A program made the position numbers and the translations under genes. The notes under the pieces were generated by a model. The model saw only the letters and a program-made list of their open reading frames with translations. It was not told the DNA's origin and made no database searches. Shown here in pieces: positions 49,909 through 59,298 of a stretch of DNA of 64,000 nucleotides (positions within the stretch are counted from its first letter, which is position 1; every line of letters begins with the position of its first letter). This DNA is from a virus, in the IMG/VR virus record IMGVR_UViG_3300032240_002475, positions 58,291 to 122,290 of that record; one strand, written 5' to 3'.

Positions 49909-50421
49909 ATGCAAAAGTTAGTTCCAATTACAAGATTAGGTAAGTTTTTTGGTGGAGAGGATTATGCCCTTGATATTGGTATGGGTGAGGAGTGGTTATT
50001 GGGTGATATGAACTTCACAGTTATTCTTTATAGAATAGATAGACAAAAGACAAAGACGGATGATGTTTATGGAGAAGTGTTAGAAGATGGAATACAATTC
50101 ATGGCTCCTGTTGAACTTAAAGGATTGGTTCAAGTTATGGCTCCACAGAATAAACTTCTTGGTAATTCTAAAATTAAACAAGATGAGCCTGGTAATATGA
50201 AGTTTTCAATTTACCAAAAGACTCTTGATGATATGGATGTTAATATCTTTATGGGTGACTACCTTGGATATTATGAAACTGAAGATAGAGTTAGATATTA
50301 TACAGTTATTGATGATGGACTTGTTAAGTCTGATAATAAACATACTTACGGTGGATACAAACCATTCTATAGAACGGTTACAGCAACATGGGTAAGTGAA
50401 AACGAATTTAGAGGAATATAA
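49909..50421 (+). CDS. Head closure or neck protein (T4 gp14-like)
   Basis: ILYRIDRQKTKTDDVYGE motif; ATG 49909 lies 6 nt after TATTTAT(49896-902). Confidence 0.6.
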   Translation: MQKLVPITRLGKFFGGEDYALDIGMGEEWLLGDMNFTVILYRIDRQKTKTDDVYGEVLEDGIQFMAPVELKGLVQVMAPQNKLLGNSKIKQDEPGNMKFSIYQKTLDDMDVNIFMGDYLGYYETEDRVRYYTVIDDGLVKSDNKHTYGGYKPFYRTVTATWVSENEFRGI

Positions 50422-51464
50422 TGCCATTACCTAAAATACAAGTTAAACCGACATTACCTTTAGTTCCTAAGAAGACATTGTCTGCTCGTAGGGAACAACT
50501 ACTACAATATATTAATAAGGATGGAACTTATTTGCCTAAGTCAGTATTACATGCTGATTTGGATAGAGGTATGTTAGATTTTGTTAAAGAAGATTTGAAG
50601 GTTGTTGTATCAGGCAAGATTGTACCCATGGTTGACATTATTATTACCACACAAAACTGGTCACAATATGTTGAAACATCTCAGTTTGTTGATTTAGATA
50701 ATAACCCATCACCTCCCTTTATTACTGTGGTTAGAAGTCCCGAAGTTAAATTTGGTACTAACCCATCATTACAATACACAATACCAAACAGAAAACAATT
50801 TTATTATGCCTCTGTTCCAACTTGGAACGGTAATGAACAAGGCATGGACATATACACAATACCTCAACCAGTACCTGTTGATATTAATTATAGTGTAAAA
50901 ATTATTTGTAACAGAATGAGAGAACTTAATGAGTTGAATAAAATCATCATGCAAAAGTTTTCTTCAAGACAAGCCTATACTTTTATCAAAGGTCAATACG
51001 TTCCAATTATTCTTAATAACATTGCGGACGAATCTCAAATGCAGATTGAGAACAGAAAATATTATATCCAAAACTACGACTTCACAATGTTGGGGTATTT
51101 GATTGATGAAGCAGAATTTGAAGTAAAACCTGCAATTGCAAGAGTGACTCAACTTGTTGAAATTGATACAAAGACTTTTAAACAAAAACGTAAAAAATCG
51201 CCATCAAATCCTGATGAATTTTTATCTAATTATTTATATGTTGTTGGAAACAATGTATTAAGTGATGTATCTTCTTACACCGCAAATTTAACTTGGTTGA
51301 ACTCTAATAATGTTAATTCTTATGATGTCTATATTAATGGAGATTATTTTGGTACCGACGTACAAAAAATTCAAATAACAACAAATGATATTTTAAGAAT
51401 TGAAGTTGTTAAAAAAGACGATGATAAAGAGGCAACAATAGAGTTTGATAATATCTTAGTTTAA
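50421..51464 (+). CDS. Tail terminator or sheath stabiliser (T4 gp15-like)
   Basis: DLDRGMLDF, PQPVPVDINYSVKI; position between the neck and sheath genes. Confidence 0.55.
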   Translation: MPLPKIQVKPTLPLVPKKTLSARREQLLQYINKDGTYLPKSVLHADLDRGMLDFVKEDLKVVVSGKIVPMVDIIITTQNWSQYVETSQFVDLDNNPSPPFITVVRSPEVKFGTNPSLQYTIPNRKQFYYASVPTWNGNEQGMDIYTIPQPVPVDINYSVKIICNRMRELNELNKIIMQKFSSRQAYTFIKGQYVPIILNNIADESQMQIENRKYYIQNYDFTMLGYLIDEAEFEVKPAIARVTQLVEIDTKTFKQKRKKSPSNPDEFLSNYLYVVGNNVLSDVSSYTANLTWLNSNNVNSYDVYINGDYFGTDVQKIQITTNDILRIEVVKKDDDKEATIEFDNILV

Positions 51465-51622
51465 CTCTCCCCGTATATATCTTTTTTCTCTTTACACTTT
51501 TCAATAATTAAATTTTCTAAAAATTTATAAATCTTCATTCCACGTTTGTCACAGTACTTTTTTAGTATTTCGTGTACTTCTGGGTCTATTTTAATGTTCT
51601 TTATTTCTTTCTTAGTTTTCAT
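51461..51622 (-). CDS. Ribbon-helix-helix DNA-binding protein (53 aa, absent from the ORF track)
   Basis: MKTKKEIKNIKIDPEVHEILKKYCDKRGMKIYKFLENLIIEKCKEKKDIYGES: alternating beta strand, helix, G turn, helix. Confidence 0.65.
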   Translation of the reverse strand: MKTKKEIKNIKIDPEVHEILKKYCDKRGMKIYKFLENLIIEKCKEKKDIYGES

Positions 51623-51743
51623 AGGTAGAAAAAAGGCAGAATTAATTCATACCGTTTACAAATACATATCCAAAAGTCAAGTTTTTTGTAGCACTAATGA
51701 ATATTTATCATTAAAATAAATCTGCAATAGAATTAATTAAATA

Positions 51744-54700
51744 ATGGCAACAGCACAAGCAAATCAAAAAGTTTATGTATCACCTGGAGTATACACATCT
51801 GAAACGGACTTATCATTCGTAGCACAGAGTGTCGGTGTTACTACCTTAGGTTTAGTAGGGGAAACAATTAAGGGTCCCGCTTTCGAACCTATTTTTATAA
51901 CTAACTACGATGAGTTCCAAGCTTATTTTGGCGGAACGGAACCAACTAAATTCGTAAACACTCAAATCCCTAAATATGAAGCGGCGTATATCGCTAAGTC
52001 TTACTTACAACAATCCAACCAATTGTTTGTGACAAGAATTTTAGGATTGTCAGGATATGATGCGGGCCCTTCTTGGAGTATTAAAGTTACTGCCAATGTT
52101 GACCCATCAACAATAGGATTAAACCCTGAAATGGGTAATTCTTGGTCGGCAGTTTTTACAGGATATTCAAGTGGTTCGACTGTCGAGTTCATCGCGGGTT
52201 CTTTACCTCCACAGGTTTCGGCAAACTTTAATCAACAATACAGATTATCTGATGGTAGTACATCAACATATAATGCGGATTTCAACAACAATTTATCATC
52301 TGTAATTGATGATAATACATTATCATCAACAACAGTGTCATTCTATGGTGCAATACCAGGATATGATTATTGGCCTATTGTTAGTCAGTATAGTAATCAA
52401 ATTAATCAATATAACTGCTCAACTAATAATTTAGAAACTAACGATTTAAATTCAGACTCTAATGATTCTTGGTACTATGCTAATTTTAACAATTACATGG
52501 ACAATAATTATTCAGGTTATTCATTCTATTATTCAGTAACTGCATTACAATCAGGAGGAACAGGTGCTTTTACAGGTACTGTTTCAGGTGAATATTATAA
52601 TTTCTCAGGAACTGCTTATAGCGAATACAACAATATGGTTGTTGCAACTTTACGTTCAAGAGGTGTTTCTTTATACGCTAATAGTTCTGATAGTGAATAT
52701 CATGGACCTGTGTATGAAGTTAGTGGAACAAGTGATGTTACAATGGTATGTACAAACCAATACTCAGGTGTGACTAACTCACCATATGCACATTTTTTAA
52801 TTTCAGGTATAACAAGAAATGGAGATAATTTTTCTCTTGAGTCATCACTATTGGCGGCAGATTCGAAATATATTACAAAAGTATTAGGTGTTGACAATTT
52901 TGGTAAACCAAGAAATGAGGTTCCTTTATTTGTTGAAGAGATTTATCCTGGTTCTTTGAGTTATGCATACAATCAAGGTTACATTAAGGGATTAAGTTGT
53001 GATTTAATAGCGTTGGAAGATGCTAGAAGTGAAAACTCTCAATCAATCGCTTACAAAGTTGAAAAATATCAATCACCAGAAACACCATACTTAGTTTCTG
53101 AATTGAGAGGTAATATGGTTTATAAATTATTTAAATTTATTTCAATTTCTGATGGTGATGCTGCAAACGTTGAAGTTAAAGTTTCAATTGCAAATTTATC
53201 GTTTAACAATATGACGTTTGATGTTTTAGTTAGAAATTTCTATGACACAGATGCTAATCCTGTTGTGATTGAAAAATTCACTAATTGTAACATGGACCCA
53301 GCGTCTAATAACTTTGTGGCTAAAAAAATTGGTTCTTCAAATGGAGAATTTGCATTAATATCTAAATTTGTTATGGTTGAAATGGCGGACAATTACCCAA
53401 TTAACGCTATTCCTTGTGGATTCTATGGGTACACTCAAAGAGAATACGAAAGTGACGCAAACATTTCACCAGTACCTAAGTTTAAAACTAAATATTTTTA
53501 TCCAGGTGAGGTTGTATATAACCCTCCATTTAACGTTCCTTCAGGAGCTTCAAATGCTACAGAATCCGCGGGAGATATTGTTAGAAGAACTTATTTAGGT
53601 TTCTCAAGTCAATATGGAATTGATGAATCATTCTTAACCTATAAAGGTAAACAAAATCCATTAAATTGGGTTGATTCAGCATTACCTGTTGAAGGTGCTC
53701 CTTGGAACTACTTAAGTAAAGGTTTCCATATGGACTCAGGTGCGACTGTTGTTACAATTTCAAACACATATCAAACTAGTGGACAAACAGCATTTGAGTG
53801 TGGAGTTGCTGACTTTAGATATGACCCTGAAACTCAAGAAAATCCGTATTATTTTATCTACTCAAGAAAATACACAGTTTGTTTTGCTGGTGGATTTGAC
53901 GGATGGGATGTATATAGAGAGTGGAGAACTAACGAAGACAGATTCCAATTAGGTGCTTCAGGTTACTTAGCAGGAGCATCATCTTCTACAAGGTACCCAA
54001 CAGCTACAGGTCAAGGTTTATTCAAAAGAATTGTTGTACAAAATAATACTCAAGACTTTGCAAACACTGACTACTACGCTTACTTACTTGGTATATTGAC
54101 ATTTGCAAACCCTGAAGCTACAAACATTAACGTGTTTGCGACTTCAAGTATCGATTATGTTAATAACTCAAACCTTGTTGAGGAAACAATCAACATGGTT
54201 CAATATTCAAGAGCAGACTCAGTTTATATTGCAACAACTCCTGACTATAGAATGTATACACCAGATGGTACAAACCAATTTGATGTAATCTATCCTCAAG
54301 AAGCGGTTGACAACTTAGATAATACAGGAATTGATTCTAACTACACAGCAACTTACTATCCTTGGATATTAGTAAGAGATACTGTAAACAATACACAAAT
54401 CTACTTACCTCCAACAGGTGAAGTTTGTAGAAACTTAGCGTTGACTGACAACATTGCATTCCCTTGGTTCGCATCAGCGGGTTACACAAGAGGTCTTGTA
54501 AACTCAATCAAAGCTAGACGTAAGTTGACTCAAGAAGATAGAGACACTCTTTATCAAGGTAGAATCAACCCAATTGCTACTTTCTCAGATGTTGGTACTG
54601 TAATTTGGGGTAACAAAACATTACAAGTTGCTGATTCGGCACTTAATAGATTGAATGTAAGAAGACTATTACTTCAAGCTCGTAAGTTAATTTCAGCTGT

Positions 54701-54956
54701 AGCTGTAAGATTATTGTTTGAACAAAACGACCAAATAGTTAGACAACAATTCTTAGATAGTGTTAACCCAATCTTAGATGCTATTAGAAGAGACAGAGGT
54801 TTATACGATTTCCGTGTAACAGTTTCTTCATCACCTGAAGATTTGGATAGAAATACTTTAACAGGTAAAATTTACTTAAAACCTACGAAGGCGTTAGAAT
54901 TTATAGACATTGAATTCTTTATTACTCCAACAGGAGCTTCGTTTGAAAATATCTAA
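51744..54956 (+). CDS. Contractile tail sheath protein (gp18-like)
   Basis: VSPGVYTSETDLS, GETIKGPAFEP, ATYYPW, PWFASAGYTRG, RINPI, WGNKTLQ, RLNVRRLL, PTKALEFI. Confidence 0.95.
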   Translation: MATAQANQKVYVSPGVYTSETDLSFVAQSVGVTTLGLVGETIKGPAFEPIFITNYDEFQAYFGGTEPTKFVNTQIPKYEAAYIAKSYLQQSNQLFVTRILGLSGYDAGPSWSIKVTANVDPSTIGLNPEMGNSWSAVFTGYSSGSTVEFIAGSLPPQVSANFNQQYRLSDGSTSTYNADFNNNLSSVIDDNTLSSTTVSFYGAIPGYDYWPIVSQYSNQINQYNCSTNNLETNDLNSDSNDSWYYANFNNYMDNNYSGYSFYYSVTALQSGGTGAFTGTVSGEYYNFSGTAYSEYNNMVVATLRSRGVSLYANSSDSEYHGPVYEVSGTSDVTMVCTNQYSGVTNSPYAHFLISGITRNGDNFSLESSLLAADSKYITKVLGVDNFGKPRNEVPLFVEEIYPGSLSYAYNQGYIKGLSCDLIALEDARSENSQSIAYKVEKYQSPETPYLVSELRGNMVYKLFKFISISDGDAANVEVKVSIANLSFNNMTFDVLVRNFYDTDANPVVIEKFTNCNMDPASNNFVAKKIGSSNGEFALISKFVMVEMADNYPINAIPCGFYGYTQREYESDANISPVPKFKTKYFYPGEVVYNPPFNVPSGASNATESAGDIVRRTYLGFSSQYGIDESFLTYKGKQNPLNWVDSALPVEGAPWNYLSKGFHMDSGATVVTISNTYQTSGQTAFECGVADFRYDPETQENPYYFIYSRKYTVCFAGGFDGWDVYREWRTNEDRFQLGASGYLAGASSSTRYPTATGQGLFKRIVVQNNTQDFANTDYYAYLLGILTFANPEATNINVFATSSIDYVNNSNLVEETINMVQYSRADSVYIATTPDYRMYTPDGTNQFDVIYPQEAVDNLDNTGIDSNYTATYYPWILVRDTVNNTQIYLPPTGEVCRNLALTDNIAFPWFASAGYTRGLVNSIKARRKLTQEDRDTLYQGRINPIATFSDVGTVIWGNKTLQVADSALNRLNVRRLLLQARKLISAVAVRLLFEQNDQIVRQQFLDSVNPILDAIRRDRGLYDFRVTVSSSPEDLDRNTLTGKIYLKPTKALEFIDIEFFITPTGASFENI

Positions 54957-54966
54957 TAAAAAATAT

Positions 54967-54991
54967 GGGGGAGTTTATCTCCCCCTTTTTT
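54967..54991 (+). terminator. Rho-independent terminator
   Basis: GGGGGAG-TTTAT-CTCCCCC-TTTTTT. Confidence 0.85.
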
Positions 54992-54999
54992 AGCCAAAC

Positions 55000-55830
55000 A
55001 TGAGAACAAAAATAACAGAAGGATTTAAAGGGGAAGGTTCACCAGATTTAAAATATTATGCATTTGATTGGGATGATAATATTGTGCACATGCCAACTAA
55101 AATTATTGTTAAAGATGATAATGGTGATGAAGTTGGAATGAGTACTGATGACTTCGCAGAACATAGACATCATATTGGAAAAAAACCTTTTGATTATAAA
55201 GGGAAAACTATTGTTGGATTTGCTGAAAATCCTTTTAGAAATTTTAGAACTGAGGGAGACAAAGAATTTTTGGTTGATGCTATGAGAGCTAAAACAGGGC
55301 CAGCATTTGACGATTTTAAAGAAGCGATTAATAACGGTTCAATTTTTTCGATTATAACCGCAAGAGGACATAATCCAAATACTTTAAAACAAGCAGTATA
55401 CAATTATATTATAGATGGTTTTCATGGGATAGACAAAGACCAACTAATTAAAAACTTAAAAAAATATAGAACGTTTGTCGATGAAGATGACATGAGTGAC
55501 GAAGATTTAATCAAATCATATTTAGAATTGAACAAATACCACCCTGTTTCTTTCGGAGACGATAAAGGAGCCCAAAATCCCGAAGAAGCGAAGGTTCGTG
55601 CTATGGATGATTTTGTAAATTATATAAAAGCAATGTCAGCAGTATTAAATAAAAAAGCTTATTTAAAAAATGATATAAGTAATAAATTTGTACCAGCAAA
55701 ACCTACTATAGGATTTTCAGATGATGATATAAGAAATGTAGAAGTAATGAATAAACATTTTAAAGATAAACCAGATAATATAGTTAAGACTTATTCTACT
55801 GCTGGAGGAGCTAAAAAGGAAGTAAAATAA
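55000..55830 (+). CDS. HAD-superfamily phosphatase
   Basis: AFDWDDN (motif I), IITARG (II), K (III), GFSDDD (IV). Confidence 0.75.
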   Translation: MRTKITEGFKGEGSPDLKYYAFDWDDNIVHMPTKIIVKDDNGDEVGMSTDDFAEHRHHIGKKPFDYKGKTIVGFAENPFRNFRTEGDKEFLVDAMRAKTGPAFDDFKEAINNGSIFSIITARGHNPNTLKQAVYNYIIDGFHGIDKDQLIKNLKKYRTFVDEDDMSDEDLIKSYLELNKYHPVSFGDDKGAQNPEEAKVRAMDDFVNYIKAMSAVLNKKAYLKNDISNKFVPAKPTIGFSDDDIRNVEVMNKHFKDKPDNIVKTYSTAGGAKKEVK

Positions 55831-55920
55831 GAATACCACTTTTAAAAAATTAAGTAAATAGAAAAATTTTTGAAAAGGATATATTTATCGTTATAAACAT
55901 AGAAACAAAATTTAAATAAT

Positions 55921-56409
55921 ATGGCTGATTTACTGATGAAAATGCCGATTCCTTATGAACCGAAACGTCAAAACCGATTCATTTTAAGGTTTCCATCAAG
56001 CTTAGGAATTAATGAGTGGTTTGTAGAGTCTGCAGCTAGACCCCACATCACAATTACCCCAACAGAAATACCATTCTTGAATACTTCAACTTTTGTTGCA
56101 GGTAGATTCAACTGGCAAACGATTAACGTTGTCTTTAGAGACCCAATTGGTCCTTCAGCAGCTCAAGCACTTATGGAATGGGTTCGTCTACACGCCGAGT
56201 CAGTTACAGGTCGTATGGGTTACGCTGCAGGTTACAAGAAAGACATTGACCTTGAGATGTTAGACCCAACTGGAGTTGTCGTTGAGAAATGGATTTTGTA
56301 TGGTACATTCTTAACAGATGTTAACTTTAACAACTTAGCATACAACACAGATGGTTTGGCAACAATCGCAGCTACATTAAGAATGGACAGATGTGTGTTA
56401 GTTTACTAA
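55921..56409 (+). CDS. Tail tube protein (gp19-like)
   Basis: YEPKRQNRF, AGRFNW, DPIGPS, GYAAGYKKD, LDPTGVVVEKW. Confidence 0.9.
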   Translation: MADLLMKMPIPYEPKRQNRFILRFPSSLGINEWFVESAARPHITITPTEIPFLNTSTFVAGRFNWQTINVVFRDPIGPSAAQALMEWVRLHAESVTGRMGYAAGYKKDIDLEMLDPTGVVVEKWILYGTFLTDVNFNNLAYNTDGLATIAATLRMDRCVLVY

Positions 56410-56441
56410 TACTATTTATAAAAAATTAATTACAATTATAT

Positions 56442-56480
56442 TTAACCGTAAAGCACATAAACTTTACGGTTAATTTTTTT
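56442..56480 (+). terminator. 12-bp perfect hairpin plus T7 tract (terminator or attenuator)
   Basis: TTAACCGTAAAG-CACATAAA-CTTTACGGTTAA-TTTTTTT. Confidence 0.7.
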
Positions 56481-56482
56481 AT

Positions 56483-57226
56483 ATGGATAATCAATCAAGA
56501 GAATACGGACAATCAAACTTTTCCCTACCACACGATGTAGTACCACTACCATCTCAAGGTATATTCTACAAAAACAAAAAGAAGTCTATCAAAGTCGGTT
56601 ATTTAACGGCAAATGATGAAAACATACTACTAGCAGGTGGTGATGACATGACTCAAAATTTATTAAGGTCTAAAATTTACGAACCAGATTTACGTATTGA
56701 TGAGATGATTGAAGGTGACGTTGAAGCCATCTTAATCTTTTTAAGAAATACGGCATTTGGTCCTGAAATGGAATTAACATTGACAGACCCAGAAACAAAA
56801 AAACCATTCCAAACAAAAGTTATGTTAGACCAACTTGCTATTATGCAAGGTCAATTACCTGGAGAGGATGGGACATTTATTACAACATTACCAAAATCAC
56901 AAACAACTGTTAAATTGAAACCATTGACTTATGGTGAGATTTTGGAGAACCAAAGAATTATTAATTCTTATCCACAAGGAAGAGTTGCCCCAAGAGCAAC
57001 ACTTAGACTTCAGAAAGAAATTATTGAAGCTAATGGAACTACCGACAAAGGTGAGATTGCAAAATTAATTGACCAAATGCCGATTGCGGATTCAAAACAT
57101 ATCAGACAATTTATGGATGATAATGAACCAAGATTGGATATGAGACGAGTTGTTATAGCCCCATCAGGAGAAAAACTAACAGTTAATGTTGGTTTTGGGG
57201 TGGACTTTTTTCGTCCTTTCTTCTGA
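56483..57226 (+). CDS. Tail assembly chaperone or baseplate hub assembly protein (gp26-like)
   Basis: VPLPSQGIFY, YLTANDENIL, GDVEAILIFLR..AFG; lies between the tube and tape measure genes. Confidence 0.7.
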   Translation: MDNQSREYGQSNFSLPHDVVPLPSQGIFYKNKKKSIKVGYLTANDENILLAGGDDMTQNLLRSKIYEPDLRIDEMIEGDVEAILIFLRNTAFGPEMELTLTDPETKKPFQTKVMLDQLAIMQGQLPGEDGTFITTLPKSQTTVKLKPLTYGEILENQRIINSYPQGRVAPRATLRLQKEIIEANGTTDKGEIAKLIDQMPIADSKHIRQFMDDNEPRLDMRRVVIAPSGEKLTVNVGFGVDFFRPFF

Positions 57227-57365
57227 TTATAGGAAAGGTCAGCTCGATGAGTTCTACTATTTGAGTACTCTAATGAACATTTCATACAACGATTTTTTGA
57301 ATATGCCATTGTTTATGAGAAAATATCTCTTAGATAAATGGATTGAAGAACATAAAAAGGACTGA
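57186..57365 (+). CDS. Small overlapping ORF, probable frameshift extension of the tail chaperone
   Basis: The +1 frame reads ...FFVLSSDYRKGQLDEFYYLSTLMNISYNDFLNMPLFMRKYLLDKWIEEHKKD*; below the ORF-track size cutoff. Confidence 0.6.
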   Translation: MLVLGWTFFVLSSDYRKGQLDEFYYLSTLMNISYNDFLNMPLFMRKYLLDKWIEEHKKD

Positions 57366-57380
57366 AAAATCAGTCCTTTT
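57355..57380 (+). terminator. Rho-independent terminator
   Basis: AAAAGGACTG-AAAAAT-CAGTCCTTTT. Confidence 0.75.
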
Positions 57381-57411
57381 GTATTTATATAATATCTAAT
57401 AACATTACGTA

Positions 57412-59256
57412 ATGGCAAACGAACCAAAAAAAGGGATAAAAGATTTTTTACAGGAAGACATTGCTGACCAGTTTAAAATAAGTGGTGATGATTTTGCGGA
57501 AGCTCTCGAAAAAATGGTTAGCATGGGTAACCAAGTTAACAAGACATTTGGCCAGGCTAGGGCAAGAATTACTGAACTTCAGACCGCGGTAGTTGATGCA
57601 ACCCCTGGAGTTAATAAGTTAGGTGGTAGTATTGAACAAGTTAGTCAAGCAATACAAGAAATCGCTCTTGCTTCAAGAAGAAACGTTGTGGCAAATGCTG
57701 AGGACATTGAAAAATTATATGCATCTGCCAAAGTACTTAAAACAACAGTTGGAGAACTAGCGGAGTCATTTCAAAATGTTGGGGTCGGTATTTCTGAAAT
57801 TGGGCCTGAATTAGAAAAATCTGTAAAATATATTCAAAATATTGGAGGAAACGTTGAACAAGTTATGAAATCTGTTCAGGCTAACATGGAACAGATGAAC
57901 CGTTACCAGTTTGAAGGTGGTGTTCAGGGGTTAACAAAAATGGCGGCCCAAGCGTCAATGTTAAGGTTTAGTATGAGCGAGACCTTCCAATTAGCTGAAA
58001 AAGTATTAACACCTGAGGGAGCTATTGAAACAGCTGCGGCATTCCAAAGATTAGGAGTATCAGCTGGAGCATTGGCCGACCCATTCCAATTAATGAACCA
58101 ATCCATTAATGACCCGCAAGGTCTACAAGATGGTTTAGTGAATGTTGCAAAACAGTTTGCAGAGTTTGATGAAAAAACAAAAACTTTCAAGATTAATCCC
58201 CAAGGAGTTTTGACTTTAAGAGAAATGCAAACTCAAACAGGAGTTAGTGCTAAAGAAATGAGTAAAATGGCTTTAGCTGCTGCAGAGTTGGATAAAAGAT
58301 TGAGTGATGTTAATAGGGCTGGACTTAAATTTGCTAGTGAAGATGACAAACAATATTTGGCAAACATTGCTAAAATGGGCGAATCAGGAAAGTATGAAGT
58401 TGAACTTAAAGATGGTACTAAAAAAGATTTAGCCAATTTGAATCAGGATGAGTTTGATGAGTTAATCAAGGCTCAAAAAGACCAACCTAAAACAATGGAA
58501 GACATTGCTAGAGCTCAAATGGGCGTTTCTGAAATTATTAAAGGGGATGTTAGTGCTATTAGAACTGCGTTATTAGGTGGACTTGTTTCTGCAAGACCAA
58601 TTCAACAAACAGTTGAAGGTGTCAGAAGAGGTGCAACAACTCTATCTAGTGCTGCTGCAAATCAACTCGATTCGCCAAAGGCTGTTAGGACTGAGGTAGA
58701 AACTGGATTCAAAGATGTTAATCAGTTGATAAAAGATATGCAAAACAAAAACATTAAATTTACTGATGCATTATCTAGTTATTTCTCGAGACTTGGAAAA
58801 CAAACTGAAGGTATTGAAGCAAAATTCAAAGGTGCGTTGTTAAAGGCTTTAGAAGACGCTCAAAAAAATACCACAAATCAAACAGGTGTTGAAAGACTTC
58901 TCAAGAGTGGGTATGGAAAAGTTTTAAATGCTGCGGGAGTTCAACAAAATCAAAATGCATCAATAACATCTTTAATTGAGGGAAATAAAAGTACCCAACA
59001 AATACAAAACGAAGTTAAATCAATTGCTAACCAAGGAGGTTCACAAGTAAAATCTCAAGTTGACTTTGGTGGTGGAATTAAGATAGATGTGAATTTTAAC
59101 GGAACGGATATAAATTTAACACCACAACAAAAAGAACAATTTACAAAAATGTTTGTTGAAAAAATGAATTCAACCGACATGAAAAATTATATTCTTAATA
59201 TAAATGCCCCAAATAACCCGACAAAAGCACCTACAGGAAAAACGCTTAGTCCATAA
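57412..59256 (+). CDS. Tape measure protein
   Basis: Ala/Gln/Lys-rich helical 614-aa protein after the tube and chaperone genes. Confidence 0.7.
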   Translation: MANEPKKGIKDFLQEDIADQFKISGDDFAEALEKMVSMGNQVNKTFGQARARITELQTAVVDATPGVNKLGGSIEQVSQAIQEIALASRRNVVANAEDIEKLYASAKVLKTTVGELAESFQNVGVGISEIGPELEKSVKYIQNIGGNVEQVMKSVQANMEQMNRYQFEGGVQGLTKMAAQASMLRFSMSETFQLAEKVLTPEGAIETAAAFQRLGVSAGALADPFQLMNQSINDPQGLQDGLVNVAKQFAEFDEKTKTFKINPQGVLTLREMQTQTGVSAKEMSKMALAAAELDKRLSDVNRAGLKFASEDDKQYLANIAKMGESGKYEVELKDGTKKDLANLNQDEFDELIKAQKDQPKTMEDIARAQMGVSEIIKGDVSAIRTALLGGLVSARPIQQTVEGVRRGATTLSSAAANQLDSPKAVRTEVETGFKDVNQLIKDMQNKNIKFTDALSSYFSRLGKQTEGIEAKFKGALLKALEDAQKNTTNQTGVERLLKSGYGKVLNAAGVQQNQNASITSLIEGNKSTQQIQNEVKSIANQGGSQVKSQVDFGGGIKIDVNFNGTDINLTPQQKEQFTKMFVEKMNSTDMKNYILNINAPNNPTKAPTGKTLSP

Positions 59257-59298
59257 ATAAAAAATAGTCCTTAACCTATTTATTAATTAAAGATATTA

